In this document: piece after piece, positions 8,358 to 16,435 of the stretch
Layout of the letters: the number at the start of each line of letters is the position of its first letter
Numbering within the stretch: position 1 is the stretch's first letter
NCBI GenBank assembly: GCA_002772995.1
Contig: PFCO01000005.1
Location: 17,001 to 81,000 of the forward strand
DNA from: Candidatus Niyogibacteria bacterium CG10_big_fil_rev_8_21_14_0_10_46_36
Lineage (GTDB): Bacteria; Patescibacteriota; Minisyncoccia; 1-14-0-10-42-19
Length of the DNA stretch: 64,000 nt
Reading direction: 5' to 3'
Position numbers and translations under genes: made by a program
Notes under the pieces: model-generated
Database searches by the model: none
What the model saw: the letters and a program-made list of their open reading frames with translations, nothing else
What the model was told of the DNA's origin: nothing

Positions 8358-9283
8358 TACATCTCATATGCGGGCAGAATGCGTTCACCGCGCAGGAGCG
8401 CGTCCGTGAACTACAAAAACAATACGCGGCATCCCGCCCCAACTCCTCTATCTCTTCTTTCACAGAAGAGAATTTTTCTGCCGACGCGTTTGAGCACGCA
8501 CTGAGAAGCACCGGTCTTTTCGGAGAACAGCGTATCGTAATCGCAAAAAACATTCTCTCTTCAGCTGAGGGAAGGCGGGTTTTTTGGGCACTTGCCCCCC
8601 TACTGCAAAAAAGTGATGCTGTACTTATTGTGCAAGAGTCCTCGCTCACCACTGATGTAAAAAAGAAGGCAGAAAAACTCCTCACAAAAACCGAGCTGGA
8701 AGAATATCCGGATTTCACAAAACAGAAGCTCGTGTCATGGACGCAAACGCAAGCGAAAGAACGGCGCCTCACCCTTACGAAGGAGGAGGCGGGCGCACTC
8801 ATACGCGCCTGCGGAGAGAATCCCTGGGCTATTATCCATGCGCTCGAGCTCCGCACGCTCGGCATGCAACACGCGTCCACTCTTAAAAAAAATGAAAAAA
8901 GTATATTTAAGCTCCTTGATGCCGTAACCGAGAAAAGGCCGCACGAAGCATTTATGCTCTACCACGAAATCCTTGCGGAAGGTGCTTCGATAGGAGACAT
9001 ATTCTGGAAATTATATTGGCAATATAAAAATATCCTTGTTGTATCAGCTTACAAGCATCTTTCTCCGTCAGCTATCGCAGAAAAAACAAAACTGCATCCC
9101 TTCGTTATAAAAAAAGCGGGCTGGGCGCTCGAGCGATTCACAAAACAGGAAATCGAATCAACATTTGAGTGGCTCATCACACTCTGGCAAGATGACAAAA
9201 TAAAAACCCGGGACCTCCCGGGCGAGCTCGAGCTTTTTATGCTGACACTCCGTCCGCATATCTTACGCTCTCGTTTTCTGTAA
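8354..9283 (+). CDS. holA: DNA polymerase III delta subunit
   Basis: 309 aa, MIHLICGQNAFTAQERVRELQKQY. Clamp-loader delta-like helical protein. Overlaps the stop of the upstream gene. Confidence 0.6.
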   Translation: MIHLICGQNAFTAQERVRELQKQYAASRPNSSISSFTEENFSADAFEHALRSTGLFGEQRIVIAKNILSSAEGRRVFWALAPLLQKSDAVLIVQESSLTTDVKKKAEKLLTKTELEEYPDFTKQKLVSWTQTQAKERRLTLTKEEAGALIRACGENPWAIIHALELRTLGMQHASTLKKNEKSIFKLLDAVTEKRPHEAFMLYHEILAEGASIGDIFWKLYWQYKNILVVSAYKHLSPSAIAEKTKLHPFVIKKAGWALERFTKQEIESTFEWLITLWQDDKIKTRDLPGELELFMLTLRPHILRSRFL

Positions 9284-9529
9284 ACGCTTCGTAATACGGG
9301 ATTTTTTGCGCGATGCAGTGTTTTTTGTAATGATACCCCGCTTTGCCGCTTTATCAAGCGCTTTATATGCTTCCGGCAGAAGCTTGACCGCATCGTCTAT
9401 CTTTCCCCCGTCAGCTAACACGCGCATTTTTTTGAACACATCCTGAACAACCCGTTTGCGTTTCAGGTTGCGCACATACCGCTTTTTTGACTGTTTTAGG
9501 TCTTTTTTTGCTGCTTTTAGTATTGGCAT
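9263..9529 (-). CDS. rpsT: 30S ribosomal protein S20
   Basis: MPILKAAKKDLKQSKKRYVRNLKRKR...AAKRGIITKNTASRKKSRITKRL. Confidence 0.85.
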   Translation of the reverse strand: MPILKAAKKDLKQSKKRYVRNLKRKRVVQDVFKKMRVLADGGKIDDAVKLLPEAYKALDKAAKRGIITKNTASRKKSRITKRLQKTRA

Positions 9530-9558
9530 ATAGCCTCTAGCCTATATAATTTTACTAT

Positions 9559-10146
9559 ATGAGTCAACAGAGAAGCGTTCGCAGACGATTCGGACGGCAA
9601 TTTTTTACCAAGGACGCAGTAACCGTATCGCAAAGCATACTTGGAGCGTATTTGGTACGGCGCCTTCCGAGCGGTGTCCTGAAAAAAGGCAAAATTGTGG
9701 AAGTGGAGGCCTATATCGGTCCCGAAGACCTCGCGTCCCACGCAAAACGAAACAAAAAAACAGAACGCAATAAAGCTGAATTTTATGCAGGGGGACATGT
9801 CTATATTTATCTTGTTTATGGCATATATTGGCAGTTTAATATCAGTACAGGGCCAAAAGACCACCCGCAGTGCTTCCTGATACGCGCCATTGAACCGGAA
9901 AATAGCGATGACTATAAACACACAAACGGACCGGGAAAGTTATGCGGATATTTTCATCTTGATAAATCACTCTACGGAGAAGATGTAACAACATCAAAAC
10001 GCATTTGGATTGAAGCAGGAAAAAAAACACCGGCAAAAAATATCGTCGCGTCTGCCCGCATCGGCATTGATTATGCGGGCTCATATTGGGCGAAAAGAAA
10101 ATTACGATTTTATATAAAGGGAAATAAGGCGATTTCTAAATTATGA
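9559..10146 (+). CDS. mpg: DNA-3-methyladenine glycosylase (Mpg/AAG family)
   Basis: FFTKDAVTVSQSILGAYLVRR...GKIVEVEAYIGPEDLASHA...YAGGHVYIYLVYGIYWQFNIS. Confidence 0.75.
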   Translation: MSQQRSVRRRFGRQFFTKDAVTVSQSILGAYLVRRLPSGVLKKGKIVEVEAYIGPEDLASHAKRNKKTERNKAEFYAGGHVYIYLVYGIYWQFNISTGPKDHPQCFLIRAIEPENSDDYKHTNGPGKLCGYFHLDKSLYGEDVTTSKRIWIEAGKKTPAKNIVASARIGIDYAGSYWAKRKLRFYIKGNKAISKL

Positions 10147-10159
10147 TATACTATTCCAT

Positions 10160-10720
10160 ATGTATACGCTTGTAGGCCTTGGTAATCCGGGCGAACAATA
10201 CGAGTGCACGCGCCACAACGCAGGGCGCATGGCGGTTATTGCTTTTGCAAAGAAAATGGAACTGGAAGATTGGAAGATAGATAAAAAACGCCAATCGCTT
10301 AAAACAGAGGGGGCTCTCAAAAAGGAAAAATTTACCTGTCTCCTGCCCGAAACATTCATGAATAAATCAGGCATTGCGGTAAAAGGAATGTCGGTCAAAA
10401 TGGCCCGCACCCTTGTCGTGCTCTATGACGACATAGATATTGAACTTGGGCGTTTTAAGATATCGTTCGACAGAGGTTCGGGCGGACACAAGGGGCTTGA
10501 ATCCATTATGCGGATGATAAAAACGAAAGACTTTGTGCGCGTCCGCATCGGCATTGCTCCGCGCAGAAAACCGGGGCAAAAGCAGATGCCTGCCTTTCTT
10601 CTGAAAAAATTCAACGCAAAAGAGCTCGGTAAACTCAAGACAGTGTTTAAAAAAACGAACGAAGCGCTCACAACCATTATTACAGAGGGTCACCAAAAAG
10701 CGATGAATACGCATAATTAA
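10160..10720 (+). CDS. pth: Peptidyl-tRNA hydrolase
   Basis: LVGLGNPGEQYECTRHNAG...SGGHKGLESI. Confidence 0.85.
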   Translation: MYTLVGLGNPGEQYECTRHNAGRMAVIAFAKKMELEDWKIDKKRQSLKTEGALKKEKFTCLLPETFMNKSGIAVKGMSVKMARTLVVLYDDIDIELGRFKISFDRGSGGHKGLESIMRMIKTKDFVRVRIGIAPRRKPGQKQMPAFLLKKFNAKELGKLKTVFKKTNEALTTIITEGHQKAMNTHN

Positions 10721-10721
10721 T

Positions 10722-11567
10722 ATGCGCACTAAAGAATTCCAATATATAATCTGGGAGCATCACAAGAACAACAAGCGCAAAAATAATTTTCCCTGGAGAA
10801 AAACGCGGAACCCGTATCACATTCTCATCTCGGAGATAATGCTCCAGCAAACACAAATCCCGCGCGTAATCCCCAAATACAATGAATGGCTCAAAGCATT
10901 TCCTACTCTCAAAGCGCTCTCTCGAGCGCCTTTTTCAAAGGTGCTTAGCACTTGGCAAGGACTAGGATACAATCGCCGTGCACGGTTCTTGAAAGATACC
11001 GCAACGATTATCCACAAAAAATACAATGAACGCGTTCCTCGCTCTCCCGAAGAACTTGAAACGCTCCCTGGCATCGGTCACTACACAGCGCGTGCAGTCG
11101 CCTGTTTTTCATATGGTATATGCGAGCCGTTTTTAGATACAAACATACGACGTGTGTATATTCATTTTTTCGGGGGGAAAAAGAGAAATATCCCGGATGC
11201 GTGGGTTATGCGCTATGTACAAAAAACGCAACCAAGCCAACATAAACGCGAATGGTACGGCGCCCTTATGGATTACGGACGCGATGTGCTCGGCGGCACA
11301 AAAAATAATCCAAACACAAAGAGTGCGTCATACACAAAACAATCCCCGTTCCGTGGCTCTACGCGCTACATCCGTGCAAAAATAATAGACCATGCGCTTT
11401 TACGAAAGAATGGCACAACGCCTGCCTCCATACGAAACGCTCTCTTGAAAGACCCGTATATTAAAAAAGGGGATGTGCTCACACACGCCTCCGCTCTTAT
11501 CGCATCGCTCAAAAAAGAACGGCTACTCCGTGAAAAAAATAGCCGCTTATACATATACGCTCGTTAG
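10722..11567 (+). CDS. HhH-GPD base-excision DNA glycosylase (MutY/Nth-like)
   Basis: ILISEIMLQQTQIPRV...LKALSRAPFSKVLSTWQGLGYNRRARFL...LETLPGIGHYTARAVACFSYG. Confidence 0.65.
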   Translation: MRTKEFQYIIWEHHKNNKRKNNFPWRKTRNPYHILISEIMLQQTQIPRVIPKYNEWLKAFPTLKALSRAPFSKVLSTWQGLGYNRRARFLKDTATIIHKKYNERVPRSPEELETLPGIGHYTARAVACFSYGICEPFLDTNIRRVYIHFFGGKKRNIPDAWVMRYVQKTQPSQHKREWYGALMDYGRDVLGGTKNNPNTKSASYTKQSPFRGSTRYIRAKIIDHALLRKNGTTPASIRNALLKDPYIKKGDVLTHASALIASLKKERLLREKNSRLYIYAR

Positions 11568-11694
11568 TATCAGACACGCACGGTTCTTGTAGAAAGCTTA
11601 TTCGCAAACGCAAATAATAATGGAAGCGCGCCTGCCGCAAAAAAGCTTGCGGCAAAAAACACATCCAAAGAAAAGAGATACGCAACAAGCACGC

Positions 11695-12093
11695 TTATAA
11701 ATTATTGAGTTCGTTATCAATGTCCTGGAATTCCGAATCAATATCTCCCAAGTCGGTTGCATTGATGTCTGCTTCAATGCTTGTTGTGGTGTCATCTGTG
11801 ATATCTATAACATCCCCCGCTTCATTTTCTTCTACCATCAATTCGTCCTCCATCATATTATCACCTCCGGGATATGTCAGACCGCCCCTGAAATAAAACC
11901 AGGCACCTGCTGCAATCAGGACAAGAGCGAGAATAATGACAATACTAAGAAAGGGTGAAGACTTTTTCTCGCTGCCTCCGCCGGTTCCGCCTGCCATGGG
12001 AGGTGTTGGCATGTGTTGCTGTGGTTGCTGTGGTTGCTGTGCTGGCATCTGGTTACCCTGCGGCTGCATATTTGACTGTTGTGATGTATCCAT
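11695..12093 (-). CDS. Hypothetical single-pass membrane protein (Q/P-rich N-term, acidic C-term)
   Basis: Q/P-rich N-terminus, TM FLSIVIILALVLIAAGAWFYF, D/E-rich C-terminus. Confidence 0.4.
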   Translation of the reverse strand: MDTSQQSNMQPQGNQMPAQQPQQPQQHMPTPPMAGGTGGGSEKKSSPFLSIVIILALVLIAAGAWFYFRGGLTYPGGDNMMEDELMVEENEAGDVIDITDDTTTSIEADINATDLGDIDSEFQDIDNELNNL

Positions 12094-12118
12094 ATGTTAT
12101 CAAATTAATGAATAAATA

Positions 12119-13057
12119 TTACTCTCCATCGTCATTATCATCCGAAGAAGAATCATCGTTGCCGACATTATCAACATTCGGAATAGATGTAAGCGCCTCC
12201 CAGGCCTTGCGCACTGCCTCGTGCGCCTCTCTGATGACTTCCTTAAGCGCCTCAAGATCATCCCGAAGCTCCTGCTTTGCGGCCTCTACCGCTTCGCGTA
12301 ATGTTTCCTCATCGGTAATGTCTACTTCGTATGTCTGAGATGCTTGTTCAAGCACTGCCTCACGGGCGATACGAATTGATTCTTGAGCTGCTGCTATTGC
12401 ATTATCTACCGCGCCAACATCGTGCCCTGCTTCTTCTGCCCTGTCCGCACGCGAACCTATCTTAACAAGAATATTTTCGAGCCGTTCGAGCACTTTGAGC
12501 ATGTGATTAGTAATCCGCTCATTAATGGCATTCAAATGCTCATTGATTCGTTCAAGCGACTGTTTCTTGCGCTCATCTTTTATCTCTTCAAGCCGCTCTT
12601 TCATCTCTTCACGCTTTTCCTCCATGCGCTGTTTTGCTTCCTCCCGCGCATGCTCAAGCCGATCTTTAAATTCTTCGCGAATCATCTCATTCTTTTCAAG
12701 AAACTCCGCCCGTTTTTGAGCAATCGTGTCGCGCGCGTTCATGTTTGCTTCGCGCATTGCGTCTCCCATTTCTTTGCGGTTTTCTTCTGTCTCCTTGCGT
12801 ATATCTTCCCGCGTTTGCTGAGCGTTTGTTCTTACTTCCTCCTTTCCTTCGTTAAAATCATCCCGAGCATCCTCCCGTTTTTGCTGGAGTTCCTGGAGCA
12901 CATCAGTGGGCAGCGGCTTTGGCTTTGTCCCATCAACCTGCGTAGGAGATGAGGTGTTGCCGTCAGTGGTTCCCGTCTGCGCAAACGCCCCCCATGAAAA
13001 AACAAGAGAGAGAGCGACTACGCCCATAAACGGACCGAGTATTTTTTTTAGTGTCAT
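12119..13057 (-). CDS. Secreted coiled-coil protein (signal peptide + long E/K/R-rich helical region)
   Basis: MTLKKILGPFMGVVALSLVFSWGAFAQ is a signal peptide. It is followed by about 200 aa of charged heptad-like sequence. Confidence 0.5.
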   Translation of the reverse strand: MTLKKILGPFMGVVALSLVFSWGAFAQTGTTDGNTSSPTQVDGTKPKPLPTDVLQELQQKREDARDDFNEGKEEVRTNAQQTREDIRKETEENRKEMGDAMREANMNARDTIAQKRAEFLEKNEMIREEFKDRLEHAREEAKQRMEEKREEMKERLEEIKDERKKQSLERINEHLNAINERITNHMLKVLERLENILVKIGSRADRAEEAGHDVGAVDNAIAAAQESIRIAREAVLEQASQTYEVDITDEETLREAVEAAKQELRDDLEALKEVIREAHEAVRKAWEALTSIPNVDNVGNDDSSSDDNDDGE

Positions 13058-13155
13058 AAAAATAAGAATTTTGATTATCTTATAATACTTATAGGATACC
13101 TGATTTTTCTCTCCTGGAAAAGTGGGGGTGTGAGTTTCTTGAACAGTACGCGGGA

Positions 13156-15141
13156 TTGAGTTACGCTATATCTACCTTGGACAGTCAAGGCAACACAAAA
13201 AAACAACGCGTTATTATTGCAGGACTTACCCCCGAATTTTTGGGAAAGCCCGTTTTGTGGTGGAAAAAATCAGAAGAAAAAATCATCCGCAAAAGAAGCG
13301 TTAATCCCTACTTCTCGAGAAACACTATTCTTATTGAAAAATATACCGCATGTAAGCAAAGCGAATTGCTACGCGAGCTTGCCGATAGAGGATACCACAA
13401 AACAGTAAACACGCTTGCGAAAGGAACATTTCTGCATAAGGGCGCGTCTATCGTTATCTACCCCATTAATCACGAAAAGCCAATCGCAATAGAGTTCGAC
13501 GGAAATAGAATAGAAGATATCCGAATATATGATGCTATTGATACTGATGAAGAGATCGTATCTCCTACCGCGCAGCATAAAGAATATGATTTTCGGCCTG
13601 GAGATTATGTCGTCCACATTGACCACGGAATCGGCACATACAAAAAAACAGAGGATGGATTTTTTGTTGTTGAATATGCGCCCGCACGCAAAGGCGGTGA
13701 GCCTGACCGCTTATTTGTTCCACAAGAAGAATCAAAACGGATTTCGCTTTATTTAGGACTCCGCACACCCGCCATCCACCGGCTTGGAACGCCGCTCTGG
13801 CGCACCACGAAGAAAAAAGCGAAGGAAGACATTATCGCGTTTGCGCGCTCGCTTGCCGCCCTCTATAAAAAACGCTCCGAAGTGACGCGCGCACCCTATG
13901 TACCCGACCCCGCAGAAAAAGAAATATGGGACGCGTTCCCATTTGAAGAGACCCGGGACCAGATAATTGCATTTGAAGAAATTTTTGAAGATCTTGCGCG
14001 CGCCCAGCCTATGGAGCGCCTATTAACAGGTGATGTGGGGTTCGGAAAAACAGAAGTCGCTCTTCGTGCGCTCTTGCGCGTACTTGTAAATGGAAAGCAG
14101 GCAGCAATCATTGCGCCCACCACCGTTCTTGCCGACCAGCATACCGAACTATTCAAAGAACGGCTTGCCCCTCTCCCTTTCCGCATAGAACGCTTCACAC
14201 GGCTTGAGCCGGCAAAAAAAATAAAAGAAATTCAAGAAGGAATGAAAAGCGGAACAATAGACCTCGTCATAGGAACGCACAAGCTCTTACAAAAAAATGT
14301 ATCATTTAAAAACTTGGGGATGCTTTTTATAGATGAGGAGCAGCGCTTTGGCGTACGCCATAAAGAATTTTTAAAAGAAACATACCCCGCAGTAGACACA
14401 CTAACGCTTTCGGCAACACCCATACCGCGCACGCTCGCCTTTTCGCTTGCGGGCATCCGTCCTTTGTCCCAATTAAAAGAGGCGCCGCGCGGTCGCATGG
14501 CACCTCTTAGCCATGTTTTACCGTATTCAAAAGAAATCATCAAGGCGGCGCTCATACAAGAACACAAACGCGGTGGGCAGGTCTATTATCTTGCGAACCG
14601 CATCCACCAGATACCAAAAATATTGGAGGTCCTTAAAACACTTGCCCCGCACATGCGACTGGGCGTTATCCATGGGCGCCTCAAAGAATCAGAAATCATA
14701 CGCGTCATGCGGGACTTTCGCGATAAAAAAACGGACGTGCTCGTATCAACCACCATTATTGAGAACGGTATTGATATAAGCACAGTAAACACGCTTATTG
14801 TAGAAGACGCGTCTCTTTTGGGACTTTCCCAAGCCCACCAGCTCCGCGGACGCATCGGCCGGAGCGATATTCAAAGCTATGCGTACTTTTTTTATCCCAT
14901 CAGAGCTTTGGCGCGCGCTCCGCGTGCTACCTCTACTGGGATAAAACAAGCAGAACGGCGTCTTGCTATATTAGAAGAGCTTTCCTACTTAGGCGCAGGA
15001 ATGGAAATAGCAAAGCGCGACTTAGAAATGCGCGGCTCGGGCAATATCTTGGGCAAGGAACAATCGGGTGTCGCAAATAAAATAGGATGGAATTTATATT
15101 TTGAAATGCTTGGACAAGCCCTTGAGGAAATAAAAAAATAA
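13156..15141 (+). CDS. mfd: Transcription-repair coupling factor, short form (CarD/RNAP-interaction domain + SF2 translocase, lacks UvrB-homology N-terminal domains)
   Basis: FRPGDYVVHIDHGIGTY (CarD_TRCF), LLTGDVGFGKTEVA (motif I), FIDEEQRFGV (motif II), helicase C motifs. The start is TTG at 13156, with no in-frame ATG nearby. Confidence 0.75.
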   Translation: MSYAISTLDSQGNTKKQRVIIAGLTPEFLGKPVLWWKKSEEKIIRKRSVNPYFSRNTILIEKYTACKQSELLRELADRGYHKTVNTLAKGTFLHKGASIVIYPINHEKPIAIEFDGNRIEDIRIYDAIDTDEEIVSPTAQHKEYDFRPGDYVVHIDHGIGTYKKTEDGFFVVEYAPARKGGEPDRLFVPQEESKRISLYLGLRTPAIHRLGTPLWRTTKKKAKEDIIAFARSLAALYKKRSEVTRAPYVPDPAEKEIWDAFPFEETRDQIIAFEEIFEDLARAQPMERLLTGDVGFGKTEVALRALLRVLVNGKQAAIIAPTTVLADQHTELFKERLAPLPFRIERFTRLEPAKKIKEIQEGMKSGTIDLVIGTHKLLQKNVSFKNLGMLFIDEEQRFGVRHKEFLKETYPAVDTLTLSATPIPRTLAFSLAGIRPLSQLKEAPRGRMAPLSHVLPYSKEIIKAALIQEHKRGGQVYYLANRIHQIPKILEVLKTLAPHMRLGVIHGRLKESEIIRVMRDFRDKKTDVLVSTTIIENGIDISTVNTLIVEDASLLGLSQAHQLRGRIGRSDIQSYAYFFYPIRALARAPRATSTGIKQAERRLAILEELSYLGAGMEIAKRDLEMRGSGNILGKEQSGVANKIGWNLYFEMLGQALEEIKK

Positions 15142-15157
15142 CCCCGCATACACGGGA

Positions 15158-16288
15158 TTATTTTTCTTCTTCTTTTGTGTCTTGTTTCTTGTCTTCCGTT
15201 TTCGGTTGGTCGGTTGCTTCATCTCGTGGCTTCGCTCCCTCCCCCAGATACACAAGCGTCATTTTACGCTCATCGGGTTCAAATAATGTTATCTGGAAGG
15301 GATAGGTTTTTCCAAGCTCTATTTTTTCTTTCATCGCTTTTTCGTTTTCAAATTCAGAAATATGCACAAGCCCCGAAACGCCTTCTTCTACCGATATGAG
15401 CGCCCCGTACTTGTTAAAGCGTATCACAACGCCTTCTACAATATCTCCCTTCTTATATTTATCTTTTACCTCTTGCCACGGATCGGGCAACAGCGCTTTT
15501 ACAGAAAGTGAGAATTTGCCATCCTTAATACTGATTATTTTCGCTTTTGCCTTGTCTCCTACATGGAACAGCGTATTAGGGTCGTCAACCAATCCCCAAT
15601 CAAGCTCCGAAATGTGAGCAAGGCCCTCAAGGCCCTCTTCTATCTTTATGAATACGCCGAAGTCAACGATACCGGTCACCTCTCCCTCAACAACATCTCC
15701 TATAGTATATTTAGAGATCATTTCTTTTATTTCTTCGGACTCTACCCCCTTTTCAGAAAATATCAGCTTTCCTTCTTTCGGATTTGCGGAAATGACGGTT
15801 ACCGAAAGGGTTTGACCGATAAGTTTTTTTAATTCATCAAGAATCTTGTCTTTATCTCCCCCCTCAACACGCGGATAGTGCCCCACGCGAAGCTGGGAAG
15901 CCGGAAGGAATCCCTGCATGCCCTTCCACTCAAGCACAAGTCCGCCGCTGTTCGCGTCTACCACCTTGAGTGCTAATTGTTTTTTCTCACGCATCAATAC
16001 CTCCGCATCGCGCCAGACAATTTCCTGTCCGGCTGCCGCAAGAGATAATTCTACAAAGCCTTCATCATTTTCAAGCGCAATAACCTTCGTTGTCACCTTG
16101 TCGCCCGGACGGAGATTGCGCACCGTGTCGCGCATATCTACGAATTCACTATAATATACAACCCCTGAGCCAAAGGGACCCAGATCAATAAATAAACGCG
16201 CTCCCTCCTTGCCGATAACCGTGCCCTCAACAAGGTCGCCCACTCGAGGCGCCGGGATGGTCACCGTTTTAAAAAGATATTCCATTGG
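15158..16288 (-). CDS. rpsA: 30S ribosomal protein S1 (four S1 repeats)
   Basis: Repeated S1 motifs: GDLVEGTVIG, GDKVTTKVIALE, GDVVEGEVTGIVDFGVFIKI, GDIVEGVVIRFNKYGALISV. Start chosen at MEYLFK (ATG 16288) with GGGAG 7 nt upstream; the track ORF extends to 16384. Confidence 0.8.
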   Translation of the reverse strand, partial: PMEYLFKTVTIPAPRVGDLVEGTVIGKEGARLFIDLGPFGSGVVYYSEFVDMRDTVRNLRPGDKVTTKVIALENDEGFVELSLAAAGQEIVWRDAEVLMREKKQLALKVVDANSGGLVLEWKGMQGFLPASQLRVGHYPRVEGGDKDKILDELKKLIGQTLSVTVISANPKEGKLIFSEKGVESEEIKEMISKYTIGDVVEGEVTGIVDFGVFIKIEEGLEGLAHISELDWGLVDDPNTLFHVGDKAKAKIISIKDGKFSLSVKALLPDPWQEVKDKYKKGDIVEGVVIRFNKYGALISVEEGVSGLVHISEFENEKAMKEKIELGKTYPFQITLFEPDERKMTLVYLGEGAKPRDEATDQPKTEDKKQDTKEEEK

Positions 16289-16435
16289 ATGCTCCCGTTT
16301 GGGGCGTTTCTCGGTTGTCGGTGTATTTGATTGCATGAAAAATATTGTAATGGATATGCCCCGCAATTGCAAGGCGCGCCACACAAAAAGCCGGCGTTAT
16401 GCCTGCCATTATCCTTCTATTATATATAAGCAATA

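Noticed and set aside
11632-11662. Hairpin TGCCGCAA-AAAAGC-TTGCGGCA between convergent genes
   Set aside because: A-tracts follow it on both strands instead of a U-tract, so it is not a convincing intrinsic terminator.
16289-16384. Longer rpsA start at 16384 (MWRALQLRG...)
   Set aside because: No RBS is present. The downstream ATG 16288 has GGGAG at proper spacing and begins the conserved S1 N-terminus.
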